From the human T2T-CHM13v2.0 reference genome, Homo sapiens: a stretch of 64,000 nt of DNA. A program made the translations under genes and the position numbers. The DNA lies in the NCBI RefSeq assembly GCF_009914755.1, contig NC_060925.1; one strand, 5' to 3'. This document shows, one piece after another, positions 25,988-47,299 of the stretch. Every line of letters starts with the position of its first letter. The first letter of the stretch is position 1. A model generated the notes under the pieces. It did no database searches, was not told the origin of the DNA, and worked only from the letters and a program-made list of their open reading frames with translations.

Positions 25988-26295
25988 GGCTAGGTGTGGT
26001 GGTTCATGCCTATAATCCCAGCACTTTGGGAGGCCAAGATGGGAGGGTCATTTGAGCCCAGGCGTTTGAGACCAGCTTGGGCAACATGGCAAGACCCTGT
26101 CTCTACAAAAAATTTAAAAATCAGTTGGGCACGATGGTGCGTGCCTGTGGTCCCAGCTACACAGGGGACTGAGACAGGAGGATTGCCTGGGTCCAGTAGG
26201 AGGTCAAGGTTGCAGTGAGCCATGTAAGTGCCATTGCACTCCAGCCTGGATGACAGAGCAAGACCCTGTCTCAATAAATGAATGAATGAATGAAA
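25988..26295 (+). mobile_element. Alu (AluJ-like), (GAAT)n tail
   Basis: Alu consensus; TGCAACCT flanks both sides. Confidence 0.9.
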
Positions 26296-26899
26296 TAAGT
26301 AAAACTGCAACCTGCCCACCATCCCCATTCCCAACTCCTGATCATCCATACCAATTCATTTTTTTCATTTTTTTATAGCACTCATATACTATATATATTT
26401 TTAAATATGCTATTGCTTACTTGTTGTCTATCATGCACTTCCTCTGGCCCATGCACATACGCGTGCACACACACACACACACAAGCATAAACTCCTTAAG
26501 AGCATCACTGGAAATGGGAAGAGACTTTGTGTGTTTGTGGAACAGAGAAGCAGCAGTCAGTATGACAGGCACACAGTGGGCAAGGAGGCTGAAAAGGCAA
26601 GAGGGGCTGAAGTGCTGTTAAGCCATTTTGGACTTGATCCTAAACCCAACCAAGAGCTATTGAAGGATTTTAAGTAGAAGAGGGACAATATGCACTCATC
26701 ACCTTGCAATATATTCTATAATTTATGTATTTATTGGACTTTTTATTGTCTGATTCCCCCTGCTAGAATGTGAATTCCACTATGGCAGTCTCTGTTTTAT
26801 TATGGGTGTATCACAAATGCCTACACTAATGCCTGACACAGAAGCATTCAATATGAATGAATGAAATTTATCAGAACATAGATATTTAAGTGAGCGTTG

Positions 26900-27230
26900 T
26901 GCTTTAAATTAAGTATACTGAAAAAACAGGTTTGTGCTTGTTGTACTGATTATAAATAGTATAAAACATTGTTGAGGACTCTTTCTTGGAGTTGCCATTT
27001 GGAATAGTTTATGAAAATACATTTTTGTTTTATAAAATAAATAAATGTAATAGATTTGGTTCTAAATTACTTTTTTGGTTGTTTCCAAATTTGTGAGTCT
27101 ACAAAAGGACAAAGACTTGCCACCATTATAAATATTTGAAAAGGACATGTCTCAACTCTGAAAGGAGTTTCAAAATGAGACTAAACAAAGGCATTGAAAA
27201 AATTATATAACTTCCAGGGTGACTACCAAA
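26900..27230 (+). mobile_element. MARNA-like mariner relic in DCLRE1B intron 3
   Basis: AATTACTTTTTTGGTTGTTTCCAAA..AAAGGACAAAGACTTGCCACCATT..GGAGTTTCAAAA..CCAGGGTGACTAC matches my recollection of the MARNA consensus. Confidence 0.65.
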
Positions 27231-28146
27231 TCGATTGAGAAATATCCTCTACTCTCAGGATTGCTTAGCTACTTATAAAGACCTAACCATTCTTAATATT
27301 TTAATGCAGAATTTTCTCAAAAAAGCAAAGCTGGCTAGGAGGATGCTATAGTAAGCCTTAATTAATTTTGCAAATATGTAATAAGCCTCTACCCACTAAG
27401 TACCAAGTATCCAATAGGCAGTGGGGATATAAAGATGAATAAAATATAGTCTCTGACTTGGAGGGCTCACAGTCTGGTAGGGAAGGACCTGTGGGGAGGT
27501 GGAAGTGGGAATATATATAGAGAGAAGAAAAATCCGCTCCATTTGTGCCCAAGGAGTGAGATTTTGAACCATAATCAGGAATAAAGTGGATATAAATAAT
27601 ATATACTTCTTTTTATGGCGTTCACAATCTGGTTGTGGATTTGAAACTTCTTCAGAAAAAGTCTGAGAACAGCTATTAAACAACATCTCCCATATCTGTT
27701 ACCATAACCATTTCCCAAATTAATGTCTCCATTTCTTTCTCTGTAAGTACTATTTGGGCCCTTCAATTGAAACTTCCACTCCAGCTTCTTCTCATCCTGG
27801 CAGTCAAATAATATTATTACCATATTTTTCTTTTTAAAGCCCTGCTCTGAGCATATTATTCTTATGATTAGAATTAGCCATTTTCCTGCTTCACACTCAG
27901 TGGCTCCCCTTCACTTACACAATGAAGTCCAAGCTTCTTAGCGGTACATATAAGACGCTCTATTATATGGCCCTTGCTTGCCTCTCTGGTATCATTTCTT
28001 ATCAATTCCTTTTTTACTTTAGTAACAGCAAACTGACCCCTCTTAAAATGTTTTCCACTATACCCTTTCTACCCTTTCCTTGCCAGGTTAACCTTGCCCA
28101 TCCTTTAAGATTTAGCCTAACGTTCCCTAACTCCATCACCTGTTAG

Positions 28147-28457
<311 letters not shown>

Positions 28458-28746
28458 TGTACACATATCTTTAACGTTGCTCTTAATTGTGGTTTTTCTG
28501 GGTCTCCTTGTAGATAGTACTTCTTGAGGACTGACAGTTTTCTTTATTAGTTTTCATGGTGCCTGAAACTTGCTAGATGCTCTCTTTTGTTGAACTAAAT
28601 GAATGAGTGGATTCTGTGTCATTCCCTTTCATATGTCTTAGCTCAAATGCCACCTCTTCCTTGATATTCTCCCTGGATTTCTCCATGAATTGTATCTATT
28701 TTTGTTAAACATTTTGTTGATTTATTAGGATTTTCCAATAGCTTAA

Positions 28747-29853
<1,107 letters not shown>

Positions 29854-31750
29854 AGACAGGAGAGTACAGAATGACAACATTGAGCCCACACTGCAGTTTT
29901 GAAGATAGTAACTGATGGCTGGTGGGAAAGAGTTTGTTTTTGGGGCCTACTTTTCTATCTTTACAAGACTCTTATGGGCCCACCGTGGAGCAGCACTTCC
30001 CAAAACTTGTTCACTGGGGTCCTCGTGCCTATGGAATCCTTCTTTTTATAACTAAGTTTAAGAAATACTTTTTTTATAAAATCTTTGGAGTATGCGTGAG
30101 CAAATTAAAAGTTCTTTGAAGTCCTACAGTAACTTAATCTGTTTAACCTTGTTTAACCCAGTATTTCTCAAACTTTTGTGAACATGCAATCATCTTATGT
30201 GGGTACAGAAAGAGGTAAAGAGTCTGAATCAAAAAGGACCAGGTTATTGCTGTTGCTGTTTTGTGGTGTCATGAGCCATTCTCCATGTCCCCTTCTCCCT
30301 CTTCTCAGATCAAAATCCCTAGGGAGTTCTATTTTTAAAATTATGAACTATGGCGCTGCATGCTTCAATCCTGAACGTCACTGACTTGCTGTGACCATCC
30401 AAATAATTTTCCTGTCTCTGCCTCTGGGAGGGAACAGGAAGCGATGAAGAGGTCTTGGAACAGTAGTGAAAATTCTACCTCTATGTCCTTCATGAGGATG
30501 TGCAGTATCCCAGTATCACTGGGATCCATGTGGAACAGAGCCAGCTGGGGGGTTGGGCAGCTCTCTCCAAGGCAGTACCTAGAGCCCAGCTGAACAACAA
30601 GGCTTTGGGTGTGAAGGGACTCCCCAGCCTGGAGACCCTATTTGGCTGAAACAGTTACAAAATATCAAATGTGTTGTCAGATATTCCTCCAATTGTTCAC
30701 ATAGCTGGGATATTTGTTGCTCCCCTCACCCCTTGGATTATGTAGGGAGCCAGTGCACACAGCCTGTTTGTTTTAGTATCCAAGGAAGAGACCAAGGAGC
30801 CAGCTGGCGGGAAGGGGTGGGGGTGTGCAGTCTGCCCTGTCCTTCTGCTCATAACCTGACAAAATGCCAAACTAGTAAGCAGGATAGCTGATACCACGGC
30901 TATGAGGGAGTAGGCTCTGAGAGGGCACAGACTTGTGGAGCTGGGCGTCTGGATCAAAACTGCTTTGGGATGGAACCTCGAGCCCTAGCAGTGAAGAAGA
31001 TTCCATTTCTTGTCCAGGGGATTTAAAAGAGTTTTCTGCTTTGAGAGAGAAATAGAGAGTTTAGAAAGCAATTGCTCTTGGGAAAGCTATACACAGCTCT
31101 GTTTTGTCAATGACCTTTGTTGTAAGTCTCCCAACGTCCTATTAGGAGCCACAGCAGGTGAGGCATTTGGTGCAGCAGGAAACATGGGGACTGCCTAGGC
31201 TCGAATCTGTGGCACCCTGAGCAATTACTTAAATTGTGGAGCCTAGTTCCTCATCTGTAAGATGGACTTGAGATTCCTACCTCTCATGATTACTATGGAG
31301 ATTGAATAATTGGTAAAATTCTCCTAGCTCAGTGACTGCCACAGGATGGGTCTTTCAGATTTTGGTTCTCTTTAGCTTCTGGTTCTTGAAAGAAATTAAT
31401 CTGTATATAACATAAGAAACTTTGAAAGTCAAAAAAACAAAAAATTTTAATTCCTCGTAGATTAATTGATTTGCTATCTTTTAGTTTTTTTTTCTATGCA
31501 TGTAGATGTATTAAATATGTAAATGTTTTTCAAAGTTGAGGTAATATTGTATAGAATTTTATAGCCTACATTTTAATTTCTTGATATCTTAAGCATTTCA
31601 CTTATTAGATATTGTTCAAAAATGCCATTTTTAATATTTGTATAATACCCTATCATGTGAGTATACCTTAACTAAGCCATTCCCATATTCAACATTTTGT
31701 GTACTGTTTTTCTAATTACATATATTACAATGAACAACCTTATGCATATA
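29854..31750 (+). other. DCLRE1B: DCLRE1B 3'UTR (approximate end)
   Basis: Follows the stop codon; ATTAAA at 30104-30109 and 31510-31515. The true end cannot be determined from sequence. Confidence 0.55.
31185..31340 (+). mobile_element. MIR in the DCLRE1B 3'UTR
   Basis: GAGCAATTACTTAA..GAGCCTAGTTCCTCATCTGTAAGATGG core. Confidence 0.7.
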
Positions 31751-32236
31751 TTTTGCATTTTTATTTCCTTAAAGTAAATTACTGGAGTTAGATTATAGTT
31801 TTAAGTTCTTGATACCAATTGTGCTGAATTGCCCTCCAGAAAGGTTTCCTGACCATCTTTTCTGCAGACAGGATAGCATTAAAATACCTTGAAGACTCAT
31901 TAGTTTAAATGAGATCACAAGAACGGTACATGTTAACACATGGAAAATCATCTCATGTGTTAACTTAATAAATAGCTACTAAACTGTGTGGGCAAATTTA
32001 GCTGGACTTCCTCTAGCATCCTCTAGCTGTCTGACTTCTAGGCGGCCGAAGGTGGCTGGGAGAGATAAGGTAGTTCTCAGTACAGGGGTTCCCATATTGG
32101 CGTTATCTTCTAGCAACAAGGGAGCCCGTCTACTCTTGGCACATGCTGTGTCACACCTGTTCCTTCAAGTGGGTTCTATATGCATTCAGATAGGGGAGGG
32201 GAAGCAAAAGACTTTGAGGAATTTAGTTGTTGGTAG

Positions 32237-33311
<1,075 letters not shown>

Positions 33312-34319
33312 CAGCCCATGTGCATATATTTTCGATGTTACCATCAGTGAGCACCTGTCAGTGTATTAGCTGCCTCCCACCCCTCATGCTCCTCAGCCAC
33401 CACCAACCACCACAAGCTGTTTTGTCTTAGACTCATGGTGCTTTCCCTTTTCTCTTCCCCAGGGGATCCCACCTATACCTGAACAGAATGATGCTGCTCT
33501 CCCTTATAAACATCTGAGTCTAACAGCTGCCTGTGAGGGATTCTCAGAATGGTTAAGCTTGTCTTTATCTTGACCACAATGCCTACCCTTCATTTAGCTC
33601 TACCCTTCCATCTTGACTGTCTCATTCCTGGGTAACTTTGTCTTCTTTGAACATAGCCTTGACCTACTGGATCACAAAAAGCTCCCAGGATTCTGGGCTT
33701 GGTTCTTCTGGATAAATAGCTTATTGAATCATCTTTCAATCACACAAAATTTCTGGCTAGCCTTGGGTTCGCCTGTGTCTTACATTATTTACACTATTGT
33801 ATTATGGCTATCTTACCAGTCCTGTCTCCTCTGGTTAATTTATAACAACTTTGGAGAGTGTGGGATGAAAAATTGGTCCCCTGTGCTACTCCATCCTCAA
33901 TGTGCTCATTGAAATGTGTGTTTTTGAGGAGCGAAGGAAATTGGGTTAAGCTCACTCACCCTACTAATTAGGCTTTGTGGAGACAAAGCACCAGAGCAAG
34001 AGCAGATGCCTGCTGTTTAGGGAGTCAGGGATACAAAGTTTGGAGAAAACATGTCTTCAGGAGGAAAGGAAAGCTTTGATCAGCTGAATTTCTTCAAATT
34101 CCCACCCATCTTCCAGGCTCATACCATCTGCTTTCTAATTTCCCTCTCAATGGTGGGATAAAAATCCTTCAATCACCTCTTACTAAGAACATTTTCTCTG
34201 CTCATACACATTCAAGAACCCAAACTATTCAGAACATTTTAGGTCCACATGATACAAGGCCCAACCTATCCTTCCAGCCTTATCTCCCAGGATTCTCCCA
34301 GTGCACACAATAGTAGGCC

Positions 34320-34870
<551 letters not shown>

Positions 34871-36504
34871 TGTTTGGCCTCAAACTCCCTGACATACCTT
34901 AAATCCTGTTTACAGAGGAGTGACTGACATGTCCAGTGCATGCCCTGGATAGTGCCATTGGCTAATCCTATCTTTCAGGCCCAGAAAAATCTGAGAGATT
35001 GGCTGATGAAGGTACTTCCTGGGGGAGAGGTTCCTGGAGTCAAGTCTAACCAAAAGGGCAGTTACCTGAAGCATCCAAGGATGCATTTGTACAGATGGAA
35101 AAAGAGTAGGGTGAAATCATGATAAGCTTCAGATGCTGTGCTGAGTAAATTTAACTGTAAAATCCTAAGGCAAAGCCAAAACACCTCAGAAGAATAAGTA
35201 GTTAATCAGAGGCTCAGAGAATCCAAAGAGGTGTGCAGAGCAGAGCAGTCTGGGCTGTGCATTTCAAAACATTGTGGGTAAACTAAGGGCCAGACACTAT
35301 GCTTGGTCTGGTTCTAGATTCTTCTGCCACACCAGCTGTATAAACCAACAACCTTGGATCAGTCCTGGAATTCTCCTTTTCAACTCCTACAGAAGGAAGG
35401 CAGAGCCACTGGAGAAAAGAACCATACAACTGGTATCACTACAGATTTCAGCCTCTGGTATTTTCAAAGCTGCTTCTCATCTCTTTAAGTCCTTGATTCA
35501 CCTCCTCTCCCATGTACATCAGTGGTTATGACAAAGCTTTATGACTCAAACTCTTACAACATATGAAGCCTTAGGAAGACACCTTTGAGCATCAAGGATA
35601 CCAAGCTGCAACACCCTGGGGCAACTTCCCTGGACCATAAGAACAGGTCTGGTCACCCAGCCTCACCCTAAAGGTGGCAGAATGAATCCCCCATACCCTG
35701 TTTAAACCGCAGTCACTGTCAGGAGTTCAAGTCTTTAAGGCCGGATTCTCAGCCTTCCCTCCCCTCTTTCACTAGGCTCTCAAGTCTCCTGCTCTGTGAT
35801 CAGCAAATTCCTCTATGTCCTCAGCATCTTTTCTGAAAGTATCCATCACCCTCCTTGCCTAAATTGAAGACTGGCTCTCCTCTGAGCACACTGCTTTCCA
35901 GCCAGCTTCTCACATAGAGGCTCTTTTTCTCTCCCCCCACCTCAAGGTAAGAAGGTGACATTGATGTTCTCCTTATTCTCCTTGCTGCCTCCTAACCATT
36001 ATTGCCATTTCTTCCTGTGACCATCTCTCCTACCATGAAGTGCATACTATCTAGCTATACCATCCCCTCCTTCCCATCCTCACTTATCAAGACTTGAGTC
36101 ATTGACTCACAGCCTTCTCCTCCTTCACAACCCTGTCATCATTCTGGATGATTTCAATACCCTGGCCATTCAGCTTCCTTGACCTCATCTTCAAAGACCT
36201 TATTCTCCCTCTACCTCACCACCCTGTCATTACCAGAAATTGTACTACATCTGAAGCCTCAATTTTAAACTTTTTCTCCTGGCTTATTTGCTCAAGTGCA
36301 TCTGTGGGACTGACAACAAAATGAGACCTGAGTGATGAGCCAGCCAGGTGAAGACCTGGTGGGGAGGTCTAATTTAAAAATTGTTTTTGTAGAGACGAGG
36401 TCTCACTGTGTTGCCGAGAGTAGGGAATAGGTAGAGGGTTCAGGCAGAATCAGCCCCTGGGATAGGATGGGAATGAGCTTTGTGCCTAAGGAACATGAAG
36501 AAGT

Positions 36505-37565
<1,061 letters not shown>

Positions 37566-37578
37566 AATATATATATTT

Positions 37579-37580
<2 letters not shown>

Positions 37581-37625
<45 letters not shown>
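37581..37625 (+). repeat. (CA)22 microsatellite
   Basis: Perfect CA run between the L1 tail and an Alu. Confidence 0.97.
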
Positions 37626-37626
<1 letters not shown>

Positions 37627-37627
<1 letters not shown>

Positions 37628-37930
37628 GCCAGGCACGGTGGCTCATGCTTGTAATCCCAGCACTTTGGAAGCCAAGGTGGGCAGATCACCTGAGGTCAGG
37701 AGTTCGAGACCAGCCTGGTCAACGTGATGAAACCCTGTCTCTACTAAAAGTACAAGAAATTAGCTGGGCGTGGTGGTGCGTGCCTGTCATCCCAGCTACT
37801 TGGGAGGCTGAGGCAGGAGAATTGAACCTAGGAGGTGGAGGTTTCAGTGAGCCGAGCTTGTGCCACTGCACTCCAGCCTGGGTGACAGAGAGAGACTCTG
37901 TCTCCAAAAATAAAAATAAAGAAAAAAAGA
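37627..37930 (+). mobile_element. Alu
   Basis: Alu consensus. Confidence 0.92.
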
Positions 37931-38242
37931 AATATATACACATAAACAAAGAAGTGTGTGTCAGAAGGAGAAGAAGAGGAGATGAGGTCACAGAGAGGGA
38001 GGCAGGTGTTGGATCAGAAGTGACTTAATAGTTTAAAGTAAGAAGTTTAAATTTGATTGTAAGTGTATTTATAAGCTATTGGAGTGCTTTAAATTAGGGG
38101 AGTGATATGATCTGTTAAATATTTTTGAAAACAACAGAGAATGGGGCAAAAATGAAAACAGGATACCATTTAGGATGCTCTTACAGCAATAAGAGATATT
38201 GGTGAGCTGAGCTGGGGAAAGGTGATTTACATTCTATTTGAT

Positions 38243-39798
<1,556 letters not shown>

Positions 39799-40215
39799 AG
39801 GGTATCTTTTGGAAGTAACACTGAAGACATTTTCTGATGGATGGAATGAGGGAGGTAAGGAAAAGGTATTATCATCTTCATTTTCAGTATGAGGAAAGTG
39901 ATTCTCGTTAAGATGCCCACCATCATACCCTAATCCCTACCAGAGTCAGGATTCCTATGGATGTCAGGCTCTGAAGCTCCTATTTTTCTATACTGGATAT
40001 CCTAGGAGCAGTGAGGTTGGTCAGGTAAAAGCCTATTTCACATCAGCGAATTTACCCTCTAGGGTTTGCATAGAGCACATTCCCCTATCCTACCCTGAGT
40101 GAAAAGAACCACCTGTTGACTGCTTACAGGTTTCATCAAAGTGAGTTTACAAAAGTAATAATAAAAAAATTAAATTCACAGTCAATGACGATAATTGTTA
40201 TTTTGAGGTTTCTTC

Positions 40216-41675
40216 TTTTTTAAATAGAGATGAGGTCTTGTTATGATGCTCAGGCTGGTCTTCAACTCCTGTCTTCAAGCAATCCTCCTACCTCGGCCTC
40301 CCAGTCCTGAAGTTCTGGAATTACAGGCGTGAACAATATGAAGTCTCCTTCCCTCCCTGACATCCTTCCTCCCTCCCTTCTTCTCTCTCTCTCTCTTTTT
40401 TTTTTTGTTTGTTTTGAGACAGGATCTGGCTCTGTCACTCAGGCTGGAGTACAGTGGCACAAGTCTCAGTCTCTTGTGCTGAAGCAATCCTCCAACCTCA
40501 GCCTCCCTCTCAAGTAGCTGGGACCGCAGGTGCACACCACCACACCTGGCTAATTTTTAATTTTTTCTTGTAAAGATGAGGTCTCACTATGTTGCCCACA
40601 CTGGTCCTTCAGCTCCTGGACTCAAGCGATCCTCCTGCCTCAGCCTCCGAAAATGCTGGGATTACAAGTAGGAGCCATTGTACCCAGTCCTTTTGAAGTT
40701 TCTTAACCCCTATTCTATAGTTAACTGATCCTGATGCTTTGAGCACTGCGAATAAGCGCTCAGTAATTTACTCATGAAAACAGTTATAGCACCAACCATG
40801 TGTAAGGAATTGTGCTGGGCAGGGGACACTTCATTGGGGCTTTTTGATTTCTGAGTTTGTGGGAAGTACAAAATGACTTAGCACAAATAATATTCAATTA
40901 TTAAATTTCAAGTTCCTGTTCTGCTCCATTGCCCTTTTCATGTGGGTCTCTGTGTGCCTTCCCAAACCATTTATTTTGGTTTTAGATATTGCTTGAAATT
41001 GATGATAGGGAAAGACATATGGAATGCAGATGCTAAATTCTGTGTAACAGTTGGTCAAAGAAAAGGTGAGAATCTTAGAGTGGGGAGGATGATTTTTTAA
41101 AAAAAGAAAAGGTTAGAAACTACATAACAGAGGAAGCATAATAATGAGAAATGCTGACCCAAGGAAAGGGAGAAAAAGCACTATTCCTTGCTTTTGCTAC
41201 ATAAACAGTTGGTATATGAGAAAAGTGAGAAAGAGTAAGATCATTATGTGTAGAAAAGGGTGACATTAGAAATGATTATGGAGGAAGGAGGGTCTGAGGA
41301 GTCATAAACATGGGTTATATAAGGAGTCAAGGCATTTGTTCTTTCCCCACAATAGTCTCTGGGTTGACCCTTGAAAATTAAGGGTAATTGTGCCTTGTCT
41401 CTAAATCCTGAAAACCTCCCTCCCTGCCACCCCACTTTTTTTTTTTTTTTGAGACAGGGTCTTGCTTTGTTGCCCAGGCTGGAGTGTAGTGACAAGATCA
41501 TAGCTCACTGCAGCCTCAACTTCTAGTGGTCAAGCAATCCTCCCACCTTACCCTCCTGAATAGCTGGGACTACAGGTGTGTGCCACCACGCCTGGCTAAT
41601 TAAAAAAAGAAAGGTTTATCCTCCAAGACATCTGAATAAAATTGTTATAGAGACGATGACTCACTATGTTGCTTC
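40216..41675 (-). mobile_element. Alu/FLAM pieces (40216-40335; 40380-40688; 41436-41605)
   Basis: Diverged Alu consensus; non-Alu sequence lies between them. Confidence 0.8.
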
Positions 41676-42263
41676 CTTTTTTTTATTTAGGTAAAATCGA
41701 CATATTACTAAACATTTTAAAGTGGACAGTTAGTGCATTTAGTGCATTCACAATGCTGTGCAGCCATCAGCATGCTCTAGTTTCACCTCCCCTTTCATTT
41801 ATTAGGAAAGCTTGTATTCAAATCTTCTTTAATCCCATAATATGCCCATTCATCCAAACTCCTGTTCCATTATTCCATCATTTCTGCTAGGACCCAGTCC
41901 CCAAAATGTCCATTATTCTAACCCCTGTCACTCTCATGCTAGATATTGTCCTTCATGAAACCAGATGAGGGGCCAGAACAACTTTTCCTGGTTTATACCT
42001 GTGAGAAGAGAAGTGATAGAGAATGTAGTCAAAATGATTCATTTCATAACTTCTCAGATGTAGCTGATGTGGACCCAAGCAGATTCCTTGGATATTGAGA
42101 GCTGAATATGGGTATTGACCAGAATAGATTCTACCATTCAGCTGGACCAGGCCATTCTTCCCAGATTGTCAGTCACCACTCATACTATGAGTAATCCTAT
42201 ATAGGAACCACACAGCTTCTGCCCAAACTATGCCACTAAAACCGCTCTCTCGAAGATCAAATA

Positions 42264-42266
<3 letters not shown>

Positions 42267-42298
<32 letters not shown>

Positions 42299-42338
42299 TC
42301 TCAGAGATGGGAGTAGTGGCTCTCACCAATATCAGTAA

Positions 42339-42382
<44 letters not shown>

Positions 42383-42401
42383 CATCCATCCATCCATCCA
42401 T
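42267..42401 (+). repeat. Compound STR: (TC)14, then (TATC)11(CATC)4
   Basis: TC run 42267-42294; TATC 42339-42382; CATC 42383-42398. Confidence 0.95.
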
Positions 42402-42420
42402 GTATCTAATCTATCTACCT

Positions 42421-43950
<1,530 letters not shown>

Positions 43951-44525
43951 TATTCTGGGGTCTGGATTTTTAAAAAATCATTGAGGTTCTCCTCCTGTTG
44001 GCTCAAGGGACTTTTCTGCTTTTTATCGTTTACTGCAGACCTTCACTCTAATCTGGTTTTCCCAGTTTCACAACCTGTTGGCTTCTATTTAAATTCTCTT
44101 TTTTTTCCTAGCCCCTAGGATTCACTATTTGTTTGAATAGTTTGCCTAGCTTTTTGGTTCAGCTTCTCTCAAGACACAGCCTTCTCATCAGCTTCTCCTA
44201 TTTGGCCTTAAGCACTGCCGCTCTTGGGCAAATGACTTCTTGCCTGCAACACTGAATCTAGGCTGTAGGCCCTAGAAGGATGTCATACCCTGAATGAAAC
44301 TTGAATGCTTCCGATTGCTAACTGCTCCACCTCCCTCTCCAGTTGCTCTGACTTGGTTTAGGAGGATGTATTTCACATATCTGCCCCTTCTCGCCTTCTT
44401 TCCTGTGTAATCAAACCCTCATCATAGTTTTCTGATTAGGATCCCTTTCTCCAGTCTTTACCCACTCCAGCTAGCCCTCTTCCTTCACCATCACTAGTTC
44501 TCTCTCACATTACCTGTCTGAATAA

Positions 44526-45313
<788 letters not shown>

Positions 45314-46984
45314 TAGCACACAGAAGATGCTCTATAAATAGTTACTGAATGGACAAATGACTAAACTTTGAAACTTCTTTGACCTTACTATGCTCAAATA
45401 TCACTTCTGATGTTCTTCTCCGACTCTCTCACTTATCTTATATATGTCTGCACACGTTTTTTCCTCATTAGACTGTAAGGTCCCTGAGGGAAAAGACCAT
45501 GCTTTATTCACCTGTCTCATTCATACCTGACCCAGTGTCTAGAAGAGTGTATAGCACAGAGCAGGCACACAAGCAGTTTGCTGGATGAATGAGTGAATGA
45601 TACTAAAGAGGAGAAAATACAGACTTTAAGAAGCTCTCCGTATAGTGAGAAAGACTGAGGACCTAAGAGCAATGAAAATAGAAGTTAACAAGTATAAATA
45701 AAGAAGGTACAGGTTAATTTAAGTAATCAGATGATGATGCAGAATTCAAATAAAATAGGAGTCAATCAGCAAAGGTTCCCGAAAGGGTGAATTCTGAGAG
45801 ATATTTGAAAAGAGGAAAGGGACATAACTTGAGAGAGCAGGAGTTTAGGAACATGTCAGAGAGTTAGGTTGAACCAAGGCATGATAAACATGTTTGAAGC
45901 TTACATTCTGAGCAGGATCTGTTCTACCCAGACCACAGGTTTCTGCCTTTTTTTCTGGCTCATCAAGCAGGCATGTTTACCCACTCTTTTTATCTTCATG
46001 TTTCCCAGGTCAGCCCAATGTGAGGACTTTAAGTAGTAGAAGGAAGTTTCTGTGAAAATATGCAAACAAAACTGCCTTGTGGGATCGAACATTTTTGGTA
46101 ACCCTAGTTCTCTAGGGAAATAAACTTCCCTGTTCCAGATAAAATGGAACTGCTCCCCGTGTTGTTAAGCCAGAGAGAAAGCCAAATGACTTCCCTTAAA
46201 AGGTACTTCAGCGCATTTTACACAAATCATAGTTTTCTGTGTGTGTTATGGGGATCCAAGGAAATCAAAGATGTTAATGAGTGAGATTTGAGAAACAAAA
46301 CTTGATAGTAGAATTTTGTCTTAGCCACAACTGCCCTTCTCCTCACAGAGTATATGCAAATACCGATGGTGACGGACAGTCACTTTCTAGAGCTCAGATC
46401 ACTGCTGCCTCCAGCACTTGTGGGATGGAAAAAATGAAGAAATTACAGTTGCCCTAAAAATGTCCCCCACTTCAGGAACCTGAATATTTTACACAGCAGG
46501 AGATACATCGGAAGTCCTACAGAATCTCTTGACTTTGGGAGATGCAACTGCTTTTCTATTAGGATAACCTAATTTTCTGTGTCCATTTTCTCAGAATGTT
46601 GTGCCCAACGCGTTCTGTTTCCTAAATACCCAGCCTTCCTTCTGGTAGAGGCAAGAAAATTATGCTAGCATTCGCTCACTGCATGTTTTGAGCGTTTGAG
46701 TTCAGAGTACAGCTATTCTCTCTCCTCGTAATGTAAACACAGGTTCCCACGGCGGCAATGGGAGACTCCCCTAAGGGGCTCTTGACGTACAGGGAGACTT
46801 CCAGATATGGTACACAGATGTCACATTGCTAGAACGTCTCTAGACGGCAACGAAACATTAAAGCCTAACCTGAGGTAATCCCTCACCGGCAGTGAAGCTC
46901 CTCTGCTAGGCACTGTCGTCCCGTACACTGCCCAAGCTCTGGGGGTGTCACACTAAACTGTGGTGATGTCACACTAGCTGGGAT

Positions 46985-47193
46985 GACATTTTACAGTTGG
47001 ATCCCGTACCACCGCCAGGCACCTTTAAATCACCGCAGAGTCTGCAGTGCGGAGGGGGCGGGAAGTCCAGGCCCCGCACTCGATCCACGCTGGCTCCCTA
47101 CGGAGGCCCACCTACTCGAGGCCCACCGACTCCTACTGCAATCAGTACTATGCGATCGTCCTAGAGAGTCCATTCAGCTGCACTTCCGCCTCA
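46985..47193 (+). other. HIPK1: HIPK1 first exon 1a (5' end approximate)
   Basis: Donor CTCA|GTAGGT at 47193/47194 at the 5' edge of the island. An alternative AG|GTGTCA lies 4 nt downstream. Confidence 0.6.
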
Positions 47194-47299
47194 GTAGGTG
47201 TCATGGCGCGGGGCGGGTGAATAGTTCCGGCGAGGCGGGGCCGGCCGGGTTGAGGGACGGCCGCTCGGCATTCCGTTCGTCGGGTCTGGCGACAACGGC

